The notes under the pieces were generated by a model. The model ran no database searches and was not told the DNA's origin. It saw only the letters and a list, made by a program, of their open reading frames with translations. The translations under genes were made by a program, and so were the position numbers. Shown piece by piece: positions 1 through 13,552 of a stretch of 64,000 nt of DNA. Within the stretch, counting starts at the first letter, position 1. Every line of letters begins with the position of its first letter. Origin of the DNA: the human T2T-CHM13v2.0 reference genome, Homo sapiens; NCBI RefSeq assembly GCF_009914755.1, contig NC_060939.1, one strand, 5' to 3'.

Positions 1-330
1 CCATCCGATTCCATTACATTCTTTTCATTTCTTATCCATTTCAAGCCATTCCACTCCATTCCATTCCACTCGTTTCCTTTCCATTCGAGTCCATTCCTCT
101 CCAGTCCATTCCGTTCAATCCATTCCATTCCAGTCCATTCCATTCGAGTCCGTTCCATTCCAGTCCATTCCATTCGAGTCAATTCCATTCCATTCGATGT
201 CTTTCCATAACGATCCATTCCATTCTATTCCTTTCGATTCCATTCCATTCTATTTCATTCCATTCGATTCCCTTCCATTGGACTCCTTTCCATTCGAGTG
301 CATTCCATTCCGTTCCATTTCTTTCCGTTC

Positions 331-1690
331 TGTACGATTCCTACCGTTCGATTTCATTTTGTTCCAGTCCATTCCTTTCGCGTCCATTCCATTCCATTTC
401 ACTCCATTCGATTCCATTCCACTCGATTCCACTTCGTTCCATTTCATTGCATTCCATTCTATTCAACTCTATTGCCTTCCATTCCATTCCATTCGATTAC
501 ATTCCATGCGATTCCATTCGAAATCGAATCAATTACATTGCAACCCATTACAATTGAGTCCGTTTTATTCCAGTCCACTGCATTCTGGTCCATTCCATTT
601 GATTCCATTCCATTCTATTCCATTCCATACAGTTGCATTCCATTGGATTCCATTCTATATCTATAAATTCAATTCGAGACCATTGCTTTTGAGTCCATTC
701 TATATGATTCCATTCCATTCAAGTCCATTACATTTGGTTCAATTCCATTCCATTCCATTCCCTTCCATTCCATTCCATTTGATATCAATCCATTCGATTC
801 CATTCCATTCGAGCACATTCCATTCGAGTCCATTCCATTCGATGCCATTCCATTTGATTCTATTCCATTAGTCTCCATTAAATTCCATTAATCTCCATTC
901 CATTCCATTCTACTCCAACTGATTCCATTCCATTCTATTCCTTTCCATTCCATTTCATTCCATTCCATTCCATTTCATTCCATTCCATTCCATTCGTGTC
1001 CATTCCACTCCAGTCCATTCCATTCGTGTCCATTCCGTTCCAGTCCATTCCATTTGTGTCCACTGCATTCCATTCCACTCCATTCCATATTATTCCATTA
1101 CACTCCATTCCATTCTATTACTTTCATTTCCATTCAATTCCATTCCATTTGATTCCATTCCACTCGGTTTCATTCCATTTGAGTCCACTCCATTCCATTC
1201 CATTCCATTCAGTTCCATTACATTCCATTCCATTCGGTACCATTCCATATTGTTCCATTCGATTCCATTCGAATCCATTCCATTCCAGTCCATTCCATTC
1301 GATTCCATTCCATTCATTTCAATTCCATTCCATTCCATTCCACTACATTCCACTTGATTCCTCTCCATTCCCTTCCACTGCATTCCGTTCGATTCCATTC
1401 CATTGCATTGCATTCCATTCCATTGGATTGCATTCCATTCGATTCCATTCCATTCGAATCAATTACATAGCAATCCATTACATTCGAGTCTATTCTATTC
1501 CGTTCCATTCGATTTTGTTCCAATCCATTCGATTCCATTCCATTCGATTCCATTCCATACTATTGCATTCCATTCGATTACATTATATTCGAATAAGTTC
1601 CATTCAAGACCATTTCTTTTGAGTCCATTCTATTTGAGTCCATTCCCTTTGATTCCATAACATTTGAGTCCATTCAATTCCATTCCTTTC
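331..1690 (+). repeat. Internal diverged duplication inside the unit: ~331-760 is homologous to ~1236-1690 (offset ~930 bp)
   Basis: gaatcaattacattgcaacccattaca (526) matches gaatcaattacatagcaatccattaca (1456). gagaccattgcttttgagtccattctat (676) matches aagaccatttcttttgagtccattctat (1606). cactcgattc (420) matches cacttgattc (1351). Confidence 0.85.
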
Positions 1691-3029
1691 GTTTCCATTC
1701 CATTTGATGCCATTCCATTCAATTCTCTTCTACTCGACTCCAATACATTCAATTCCATTCCATCCGATTCCATTACATTCTTTTCATTTCTTATCCATTT
1801 CAAGCCATTCCACTCCATTCCATTCCACTCGTTTCCTTTCCATTCGAGTCCATTCCTCTCCCGTCCATTCCGTTCAATCCATTCCATTCCAGTCCACTCC
1901 ATTCGAGTCCGTTCCATTCCAGTGCATTCCATTCGAGTCAATTCCATTCCATTCGATGTCTTTCCATAACGATCCATTCCATTCTATTCCTTTCGATTCC
2001 ATTCCATTCTATTTCATTCCATTCGATTCCCTTCCATTGGACTCCTTTCCATTCGAGTGCATTCCATTCCGTTCCATTTCTTTCCGTTCTGTACGATTCC
2101 TACCGTTCTATTTCATTTTGTTCCAGTCCATTCCTTTCGCGTCCATTCCATTCCATTTCACTGCATTCGATTCCATTCCACTCGATTCCACTTCGTTCCA
2201 TTTCATTGCATTCCATTCTATTCAACTCTATTGCCTTCCATTCCATTCCATTCGATTACATTCCATGCGATTCCATTCGAAATCGAATCAATTACATTGC
2301 AATCCATTACAATTGAGTCCGTTTTATTCCAGTCCACTGTATTCTGGTCCACTCCATTTGATTCCATTCCATTCTATTCCATTCCATACAGTTGCATTCC
2401 TTTGGATTCCATGCTATATATATAAATTCAATTCGAGACCATTGCTTTTGAGTCCATTCTATATGATTCCATTCCATTCAAGTCCATTACATTTGGTTCA
2501 ATTCCATTCCATTCCATTCCCTTCCATTCCATTCCAGTTGATATCAATCCATTCGATTCCATTCCATTCGAGCACATTCCATTCGAGTCCATTCCATTCG
2601 ATGCCATTCCATTTGATTCTATTCCATTAGTCTCCATTCAATTCCATTAATCTCCATTCCATTCCATTCTACTCCAACTGATTCCATTCCATTCTATTCC
2701 TTTCCATTCCATTTCATTCCATTCCATTCCATTTCATTACATTCCATTCCATTCGCTTCCATTCCATTCGTGTCCATTCCACTCCAGTCCATTCCATTCG
2801 TGTCCATTCCATTCCAGTCCATTCCATTTGTGTCCACTGCATTCCATTCCACTCCATTCCATATTATTCCATTACACTCCCTTCCATTCTATTACTTTCA
2901 TTTCCATTCAATTCCATTCCATTTGATTCCATTCCACTCGGTTTCATTCCATTTGAGTCCACTCCATTCCATTCCATTCCATTCCATTCAGTTCCATTCC
3001 ATTCCGTTCCATTGCATTCCATTCCATTC
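1236..3029 (+). repeat. D15Z1: Representative 1794-bp KpnI-to-KpnI unit; likely D15Z1 / HSat3A5 family (human chr15 short arm/pericentromere)
   Basis: Seen: GGTACC at 1236 and 3030, recurring once per unit. Established: D15Z1 is the satellite III family defined by a 1.8 kb KpnI unit on chr15, whereas DYZ1 has a ~3.6 kb unit. The chromosome assignment is an inference and needs alignment; a copy on another acrocentric or a great-ape orthologue is not excluded. Confidence 0.72.
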
Positions 3030-6000
3030 GGTACCATTCCATATTGTTCCATTCAATTCCATTCGAATCCATTCCATTCCAGTCCATTCCATTCCATTCC
3101 ATTCCATTCCTTTCAATTCCATTCCATTCCATTCCATTCCACTTGATTCCACTTCATTCCCTTCCACTGCATTCCATTCGATTCCATTCCATTGCATTGC
3201 ATTCCATTCCATTGGACTGCATTCCATTCGATTCCATTCCATGCGAATCAATTACATAGCAATCCATTACATTCGAGTCTATTCTATTCCGTTCCATTCG
3301 ATTTCGTTCCAATCCATTCGATTCCATTCCATTCGATTCCATTCCATACTATTGCATTCCATTCTATTACATTATATTCGAATAAGTTCCATTCAAGACC
3401 ATTTCTTTTGAGTCCAATCTATTTGAGTCCATTCCCTTTGATTCCATAACATTTGAGTCCATTCAATTCCATTCCTTTCGTTTCCATTCCATTTGATGCC
3501 ATTCCATTCAATTCTGTTCTACTCGACTCCAATACATTCAATTCCATTCCATCCGATTCCATTACATTCTTTTCATTTCTTATCCATTTCAAGCCATTCC
3601 ACTCCATTCCATTCCACTCGTTTCCTTTCCATTCGAGTCCATTCCTCTCCAGTCCATTCCGTTCAATCCATTCCATTCCAGTCCATTCCATTCGAGTCCG
3701 TTCCATTCCAGACCATTCCATTCGAGTCAATTCCATTCCATTCGATGTCTTTCCATAACGATCCATTCCATTCTATTCCTTTCGATTCCATTCCATTCTA
3801 TTTCATTCCATTCGATTCCCTTCCATTGGACTCCTTTCCATTCGAGTGCATTCCATTCCGTTCCATTTCTTTCCGTTCTGTACGATTCCTACCGTTCGAT
3901 TTCATTTTGTTCCAGTCCATTCCTTTCGCGTCCATTCCATTCCATTTCACTCCATTCGATTCCATTCCACTCGATTCCACTTCGTTCCATTTCATTGCAT
4001 TCCATTCTATTCAACTCTATTGCCTTCCATTCCATTCCATTCGATTACATTCCATGCGATTCCATTCGAAATCGAATCAATTACATTGCAATCCATTACA
4101 ATTGAGTCCGTTTTATTCCAGTCCACTGCATTCTGGTCCATTCCATTTGATTCCATTCCATTCTATTCCATTCCATACAGTTGCATTCCTTTGGATTCCA
4201 TGCTATATATATAAATTCAATTCGAGACCATTGCTTTTGAGTCCATTCTATATGATTCCATTCCATTCAAGTCCATTACATTTGGTTCAATTCCATTCCA
4301 TTCCATTCCCTTCCATTCCATTCCAGTTGATATCAATCCATTCGATTCCATTCCATTCGAGCACATTCCATTCGAGTCCATTCCATTCGATACCATTCCA
4401 TTTGATTCTATTCCATTAGTCTCCATTCAATTCCATTAATCTCCATTCCATTCCATTCTACTCCAACTGATTCCATTCCATTCTATTCCTTTCCATTCCA
4501 TTTCATTCCATTCCATTCCATTTCATTCCATTCCATTCCATTCGTGTCCATTCCACTCCAGTCCATTCCATTCGTGTCCATTCCATTCCAGTCCATTCCA
4601 TTTGTGTCCACTGCATTCCATTCCACTCCATTCCATATTATTCCATTACACTCCATTCCATTCTATTACTTTCATTTCCATTCAATTCCATTCCATTTGA
4701 TTCCATTCCACTCGGTTTCATTCCATTTGAGTCCACTCCATTCCATTCCATTCCATTCAGTTCCATTACATTCCATTCCATTCGGTACCATTCCATATTG
4801 TTCCATTCGATTCCATTCGAATCCATTCCATTCCAGTCCATTCCATTCGATTCCATTCCATTCATTTCAATTCCATTCCATTCCATTCCATTACATTCGA
4901 CTTGATTCCTCTCCATTCCCTTCCACTGCATTCCGTTCGATTCCATTCCATTGCATTGCATTCCATTCCATTGGATTGCATTCCATTCGATTCCATTCCA
5001 TTCGAATCAATTACATAGCAATCCATTACATTCGAGTCTATTCTATTCCGTTCCATTCGATTTTGTTCCAAACCATTCGATTCCATTCCATTCGATTCCA
5101 TTCCATACTATTGCATTCCATTCGATTACATTATATTCGAATAAGTTCCATTCAAGACCATTTCTTTGGAGTCCATTCTATTTGAGTCCATTCCCTTTGA
5201 TTCCATAACATTTGAGTCCATTCAATTCCATTCCTTTCGTTTCCATTCCATTTGATGCCATTCCATTCAATTCTGTTCTACTCGACTCCAATACATTCAA
5301 TTCCATTCCATCCGATTCCATTACATTCTTTTCATTTCTTATCCATTTCAAGCCATTCCACTCCATTCCATTCCACTCGTTTCCTTTCCATTCGAGTCCA
5401 TTCCTCTCCAGTCCATTCCGTTCAATCCATTCCATTCCAGTCCATTCCATTCGAGTCCGTTCCATTCCAGTCCATTCCATTCGAGTCAATTCCATTCCAT
5501 TCGATGTCTTTCCATAACGATCCATTCCATTCTATTCCTTTCGATTCCATTCCATTCTATTTCATTCCATTCGATTCCCTTCCATTGGACTCCTTTCCAT
5601 TCGAGTGCATTCCATTCCGTTCCATTTCTTTCCGTTCTGTACGATTCCTACCGTTCGATTTCATTTTGTTCCAGTCCATTCCTTTCGCGTCCATTCCATT
5701 CCATTTCACTCCATTCGATTCCATTCCACTCGATTCCACTTCGTTCCATTTCATTGCATTCCATTCTATTCAACTCTATTGCCTTCCATTCCATTCCATT
5801 CGATTACATTCCATGCGATTCCATTCGAAATCGAATCAATTACATTGCAATCCATTACTATTGAGTCCGTTTTATTCCAGTCCACTGCATTCTGGTCTAT
5901 TCCATTTGATTCCATTCCATTCTATTCCATTCCATACAGTTGCATTCCATTGGATTCCATGCTATATCTATAAATTCAATTCGAGACCATTGCTTTTGAG

Positions 6001-8289
6001 TCCATTCTATATGATTCCAATCCATTGAAGTCCATTACATTTGGTTGAATTCCATTCCATTCCATTCCCTTCCATTCCATTCCAGTTGATATCAATCCAT
6101 TCGATTCCATTCCATTCGAGCACATTCCATTCGAGTCCATTCCATTCGATGCCATTCCATTTGATTCTATTCCATTAGTCTCCATTCAATTCCATTAATC
6201 TCCATTCCATTCCATTCTACTCCAACTGATTCCATTCCATTCTATTCCTTTCCATTCCATTTCATTCCATTCTATTCCATTTCATTCCATTCCATTCCAT
6301 TCGTGTCCATTCCACTCCAGTCCATTCCATTCGTGTCCATTCCATTCCAGTCCATTCCATTCGTGTCCACTGCATTCCATTACACTCCATTCCATATTAT
6401 TCCATTACACTCCATTCCATTCTATTACTTTCATTTCCATTCAATTCCATTCCATTTGATTCCATTCCACTCGGTTTCATTCCATTTGAGTCCACTCCAT
6501 TGCATTCCATTCCATTCAGTTCCATTACATTCCATTCCATTCGGTACCATTCCATATTGTTCCATTCGATTCCATTCGAATCCATTCCATTCCAGTCCAT
6601 TCCATTCGATTCCATTCCATTCATTTCAATTCCATTCCATTCCATTCCATTACATTCCACTTGATTCCTCTCCATTCCCTTCCACTGCATTCCGTTCGAC
6701 TCCATTCCATTGCATTGCATTCCATTCCATTGGATTGCATTCCATTCGATTCCATTCCATTCGAATCAATTACATAGCAATCCATTACATTCGAGTCTAT
6801 TCTATTCCGTTCCATTCGATTTTGTTCCAATCCATTCGATTCCATTCCATTAGATTCCATTCCATACTATTGCATTCCATTCGATTACATTATATTCGAA
6901 TAAGTTCCATTCAAGACCATTTCTTTTGAGTCCATTCTATTTGAGTCCATTCCCTTTGATTCCATAACATTTGAGTCCATTCAATTCCATTCCTTTCGTT
7001 TCCATTCCATTTGATGCCATTCCATTCAATTCTGTTCTACTCGACTCCAATACATTCAATTCCACTCCATCCGATTCCATTACATTCTTTTCATTTCTTA
7101 TCCATTTCAAGCCATTCCACTCCATTCCATTCCACTCGTTTCCTTTCCATTCGAGTCCATTCCTCTCCAGTCCATTCCGTTCAATCCATTCCATTCCAGT
7201 CCATTCCATTCGAGTCCGTTCCATTCCAGTCCATTCCATTCGAGTCAATTCCATTCCATTCGATGTCTTTCCATAACGATCCATTCCATTCTATTCCTTT
7301 CGATTCCATTCCATTCTATTTCATTCCATTCGATTCCCTTCCATTGGACTCCTTTCCATTCGAGTGCATTCCATTCCTTTCCATTTCTTTCCGTTCTGTA
7401 CGATTCCTACCGTTCGATTTCATTTTGTTCCAGTCCATTCCTTTCGCGTCCATTCCATTCCATTTCACTCCATTCGATTCCATTCCACTCGATTCCACTT
7501 CGTTCCATTTCATTGCATTCCATTCTATTCAACTCTATTGCCTTCCATTCCATTCCATTCGATTACATTCCATGCGATTCCATTCGAAATCGAATCAATT
7601 ACATTGCAGTCCATTACAATTGAGTCCGTTTTATTCCAGTCCACTGCATTCTGGTCCATTCCATTTGATTCCATTCCATTCTATTCCATTCCATACAGTT
7701 GCATTCCTTTGGATTCCATGCTATATATATAAATTCAATTCGAGACCATTGCTTTTGAGTCCATTCTATATGATTCCATTCCATTCAAGTCCATTACATT
7801 TGGTTCAATTCCATTCCATTCCATTCCCTTCCATTCCATTCCAGTTGATATCAATCCATTCGATTCCATTCCATTCGAGCACATTCCATTCGTGTCCATT
7901 CCATTCGATGCCATTCCATTTGATTCTATTCCATTAGTCTCCATTCAATTCCATTAATCTCCATTCCATTCCATTCTACTCCAACTGATTCCATTCCATT
8001 CTATTCCTTTCCATTCCATTTCATTCCATTCCATTCCATTTCATTCCATTCCATTCCATTCGTGTCCATTCCACTCCAGTCCATTCCATTCGTGTCCATT
8101 CCATTCCAGTCCATTCCATTTGTGTCCACTGCATTCCATTCCACTCCATTCCATATTATTCCATTACACTCCATTCCATTCTATTACTTTCATTTCCATT
8201 CAATTCCATTCCATTTGATTCCATTCCACTCGGTTTCATTCCATTTGAGTCCACTCCATTCCATTCCATTCCATTCCATTCAGTTCCAT

Positions 8290-11060
8290 TCCATTCTGTT
8301 CCATTCCAATCCATTCCATTCGGTACCATTCCATAGTGTTCCATTCGATTCCATTCGAATCCATTCCATTCCAGTCCTTTCCATTCGATTCCATTCCATT
8401 CATTTCAATTCCATTCCATTCCATTCCATTCCATTCCACTTGATTCCTCTCCATTCCCTTCCACTGCATTCCGTTCGATTCCATTCCATTGCATTGCATT
8501 CCATTCCATTGGATTGCATTCCATTCGATTCCATTCCATTCGAATCAATTACATAGCAATCCATTACATTCGAGTCTATTCTCTTCCGTTCCATTCGATT
8601 TCGTTCCAATCCATTCGATTCCATTCCATTCGATTCCATTCCATACTATTGCATTCCATTCGATTAAATTATATTCGAATAAGTTCCATTCAAGACCATT
8701 TCTTTTGAGTCCATTCTATTTGAGTCCATTCCCTTTGATTCCATAACATTTGAGTCCATTCAATTCCATTCCTTTCGTTTCCATTCCATTTGATGCCATT
8801 CCATTCAATTCTGTTCTACTCGACTCCAATACATTCAATTCCATTCCATCCGATTCCATTACATTCTTTTCATTTCTTATCCATTTCAAGCCATTCCACT
8901 CCATTCCATTCCACTCGTTTCCTTTCCATTCGAGTCCATTCCTCTCCAGTCCATTCCGTTCAATCCATTCCATTCCAGTCCATTCCATTCGAGTCCGTTC
9001 CATTCCAGTCCATTCCATTCGAGTCAATTCCATTCCATTCGATGTCTTTCCATAACGATCCATTCCATTCTATTCCTTTCGATTCCATTCCATTCTATTT
9101 CATTCCATTCGATTCCCTTCCATTGGACTCCTTTCCATTCGAGTGCATTCCATTCCGTTCCATTTCTTTCCGTTCTGTACGATTCCTACCGTTCGATTTC
9201 ATTTTGTTCCAGTCCATTCCTTTCGCGTCCATTCCATTCCATTTCACTCCATTGGATTCCATTCCACTCGATTCCACTTTGTTCCATTTCATTGCATTCC
9301 ATTCTATTCAACTCTATTGCCTTCCATTCCATTCCATTCGATTACATTCCATGCGATTCCATTCGAAATCGAATCAATTACATTGCAATCCATTACTATT
9401 GAGTCCATTTTATTCCAGTCCACTGCATTCTGGTCCATTCCATTTGATTCCATTCCATTCTATTCCATTCCATACAGTTGCATTCCATTGGATTCCATTC
9501 TATATCTATAAATTCAATTCGAGACCATTGCTTTTGAGTCCATTCTATATGATTCCATTCCATTCAAGTCCATTACATTTGGTTCAATTCCATTCCATTC
9601 CATTCCCTTCCATTCCATTCCAGTTGATATCAATCCATTCGATTCCATTCCATTCGAGCACATTCCATTCGAGTCCATTCCATTCGATGCCATTCCATTT
9701 GATTCTATTCCATTAGTCTCCATTCAATTCCATTAATCTCCATTCCATTCCATTCTACTCCAACTGATTCCATTCCATTCTATTCCTTTCCATTCCATTT
9801 CATTCCATTCCATTCCATTTCATTCCATTCCATTCCATTCGTGTCCATTCCACTCCAGTCCATTCCATTCGTGTCCATTCCATTCCAGTCCATTCCATTT
9901 GTGTCCACTGCATTCCATTCCACTCCATTCCATATTATTCCATTACACTCCATTCCATTCTATTACTTTCATTTCCATTCAATTCCATTCCATTTGATTC
10001 CATTCCACTCGGTTTCATTCCATTTGAGTCCACTCCATTCCATTCCATTCCATTCCATTCAGTTCCATTCCATTCTGTTCCATTCCATTCCATTCCATTC
10101 GGTACCATTCCATAGTGTTCCATTCGATTTCATTCGAATCCATTCCATTCCAGTCCTTTCCATTCGATTCCATTCCATTCATTTCAATTCCATTCCATTC
10201 CATTCCATTCCATTCCACTTGATTCCTCTCCATTCCCTTCCACTGCATTCCGTTCGATTCCATTCCATTGCATTGCATTCCATTCCATTGGATTGCATTC
10301 CATTCGATTCCATTCCATTCGAATCAATTACATAGCAATCCATTACATTCCAGTCTATTCTCTTCCGTTCCATTCGATTTCGTTCCAATCCATTCGATTC
10401 CATTCCATTCGATTCCATTCCATACTATTGCATTCCATTCGATTACATTATATTCGAATAAGTTCCATTCAAGACCATTTCTTTTGAGTCCATTCTATTT
10501 GAGTCCATTCCCTTTGATTCCATAACATTTGAGTCCATTCAATTCCATTCCTTTCGTTTCCATTCCATTTGATGCCATTCCATTCAATTCTGTTCTACTC
10601 GACTCCAATACATTCAATTCCATTCCATCCGATTCCATTACATTCTTTTCATTTCTTATCCATTTCAAGCCATTCCACTCCATTCCATTCCACTCGTTTC
10701 CTTTCCATTCGAGTCCATTCCTCTCCAGTCCATTCCGTTCAATCCATTCCATTCCAGTCCATTCCATTCGAGTCCGTTCCATTCCAGTCCATTCCATTCG
10801 AGTCAATTCCATTCCATTCGATGTCTTTCCATAACGATCCATTCCATTCTATTCCTTTCGATTCCATTCCATTCTATTTCATTCCATTCGATTCCCTTCC
10901 ATTGGACTCCTTTCCATTCGAGTGCATTCCATTCCGTTCCATTTCTTTCCGTTCTGTACGATTCCTACCGTTCGATTTCATTTTGTTCCAGTCCATTCCT
11001 TTCGCGTCCATTCCATTCCATTTCACTCCATTCGATTCCATTCCACTCGATTCCACTTTG
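8290..11060 (+). repeat. Recent single-unit tandem duplication, offset 1779 bp
   Basis: Rare variants shared at exactly 1779 bp: catagtgtt 8332/10111, cagtcctttcc 8372/10151, ctcttccg 8581/10360, ccactttg 9274/11053. Ends are approximate. Confidence 0.85.
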
Positions 11061-13552
11061 TTCCATTTCATTGCATTCCATTCTATTCAACTCTATTGCC
11101 TTCCATTCCATTCCATTCGATTACATTCCATGCGATTCCATTCGAAATCGAATCAATTACATTGCAATCCATTACTATTGAGTCCGTTTTATTCCAGTCC
11201 ACTGCATTCTGGTCCATTCCATTTGATTCCATTCCATTCTATTCCATTCCATACAGTTGCATTCCATTGGATTCCATTCTATATCTATAAATTCAATTCG
11301 AGACCATTGCTTTTGAGTCCATTCTATATGATTCCATTCCATTCAAGTCCATTACATTTGGTTCAATTCCATTCCATTCCATTCCCTTCCATTCCATTCC
11401 AGTTGATATCAATCCATTCGATTCCATTCCATTCGAGCACATTCCATTCGAGTCCATTCCATTCGATGCCATTCCATTTGATTCTATTCCATTAGTCTCC
11501 ATTCAATTCCATTAATCTCCATTCCATTCCATTCTACTCCAACTGATTCCATTCCATTCCATTCCTTTCCATTCCATTTCATTCCATTCCATTCCATTTC
11601 ATTCCATTCCATTCCATTCGTGTCCATTCCACTCCAGTCCATTCCATTCGTGTCCATTCCATTCCAGTCCATTCCATTTGTGTCCACTGCATTCCATTCC
11701 ACTCCATTCCATATTATTCCATTACACTCCATTCCATTCTATTACTTTCATTTCCATTCAATTCCATTCCATTTGATTCCATTCCACTCGGTTTCATTCC
11801 ATTTGAGTCCACTCCATTCCATTCCATTCCATTCCATTCAGTTCCATTCCATTCTGTTCCATTCCATTCCGTTCCATTACATTCCATTCCATTCGGTACC
11901 ATTCCATATTGTTCCATTCGATTCCATTCGAATCCATTCCATTCCAGTCCATTCCATTCGATTCCATTCCATTCATTTCAATTCCATTCCATTCCATTCC
12001 ATTACATTCCACTTGATTCCTCTCCATTCCCTTCCACTGCATTCCGTTCGATTCCATTCCATTGCATTGCATTCCATTCCATTGGATTGCATTCCATTCG
12101 ATTCCATTCCATTCGAATCAATTACATAGCAATCCATTACATTCAAGTCTATTCTATTCCGTTCCATTCGATTTCGTTCCAATCCATTCGATTCCATTCC
12201 ATTCGATTCCATTCCATACTATTGCATTCCATTCGATTACATTATATTCGAATAAGTTCCATTCAAGACCATTTCTTTTGAGTCCATTCTATTTGAGTCC
12301 ATTCCCTTTGATTCCATAACATTTGAGTCCATTCAATTCCATTCCTTTTGTTTCCATTCCATTTGATGCCATTCCATTCAATTCTGTTCTACTCGACTCC
12401 AATACATTCAATTCCATTCCATCCGATTCCATTACATTCTTTTCATTTCTTATCCATTTCAAGCCATTCCACTCCATTCCATTCCACTCGTTTCCTTTCC
12501 ATTCGAGTCCATTCCTCTCCAGTCCATTCCGTTCAATCCATTCCATTCCAGTCCATTCCATTCGAGTCCGTTCCATTCCAGTCCATTCCATTCGAGTCAA
12601 TTCCATTCCATTCGATGTCTTTCCATAACGATCCATTCCATTCTATTCCTTTCGATTCCATTCCATTCTATTTCATTCCATTCGATTCCCTTCCATTGGA
12701 CTCCTTTCCATTCGAGTGCATTCCATTCCGTTCCATTTCTTTCCGTTCTGTACGATTCCTACCGTTCGATTTCATTTTGTTCCAGTCCATTCCTTTCGCG
12801 TCCATTCCATTCCATTTCACTCCATTCGATTCCATTCCACTCGATTCCACTTCGTTCCATTTCATTGCATTCCATTCTATTCAACTCTATTGCCTTCCAT
12901 TCCATTCCATTCGATTACATTCCATGCGATTCCATTCGAAATCGAATCAATTACATTGCAATCCATTACTATTGAGTCCGTTTTATTCCAGTCCACTGCA
13001 TTCTGGTCCATTCCATTTGATTCCATTCCATTCTATTCCATTCCATACAGTTGCATTCCATTGGATTCCATGCTATATCTATAAATTCAATTCGAGACCA
13101 TTGCTTTTGAGTCCATTCTATATGATTCCATTCCATTCAAGTCCATTACATTTGGTTCAATTCCATTCCATTCCATTCCCTTCCATTCCATTCCAGTTGA
13201 TATCAATCCCTTCGATTCCATTCCATTCGAGCACATTCCATTCGAGTCCATTCCATTCGATGCCATTCCATTTGATTCTATTCCATTAGTCTCCATTCAA
13301 TTCCATTAATCTCCATTCCATTCCATTCTACTCCAACTGATTCCATTCCATTCTATTCCTTTCCATTCCATTTCATTCCATTCCATTCCATTTCATTCCA
13401 TTCCATTCCATTCGTGTCCATTCCACTCCAGTCCATTCCATTCGTGTCCATTCCATTCCAGTCCATTCCATTTGTGTCCACTGCATTCCATTCCACTCCA
13501 TTCCATATTATTCCATTACACTCCATTCCATTCTATTACTTTCATTTCCATT

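Noticed and set aside
781-1241. Palindromes GATATC, GGTACC and TTCGAA as terminators or recombination sites
   Set aside because: They are only 6-bp palindromes with no extended stem, and are explained as point-diverged pentamers fixed in the unit.
1586-1601. Heat-shock element at ttcgaataagttcc and cattcgaatc
   Set aside because: A canonical HSE needs alternating nGAAn/nTTCn units with 2-nt spacing. The spacings here are 0 and 4 nt, and the pentamer itself gives only head-to-tail nGAAn.
1704-2630. 308-aa HSIPF-rich ORF repeated in most units, and all other ORFs in the track
   Set aside because: (CATTC)n has no stop codon in any frame on either strand. The products are low-complexity, overlap in several frames, often start at TTG/GTG, and are freely broken or frameshifted between copies (29399, 30848, 41.9 kb, 57.4 kb). 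There is no evidence that they are genes.
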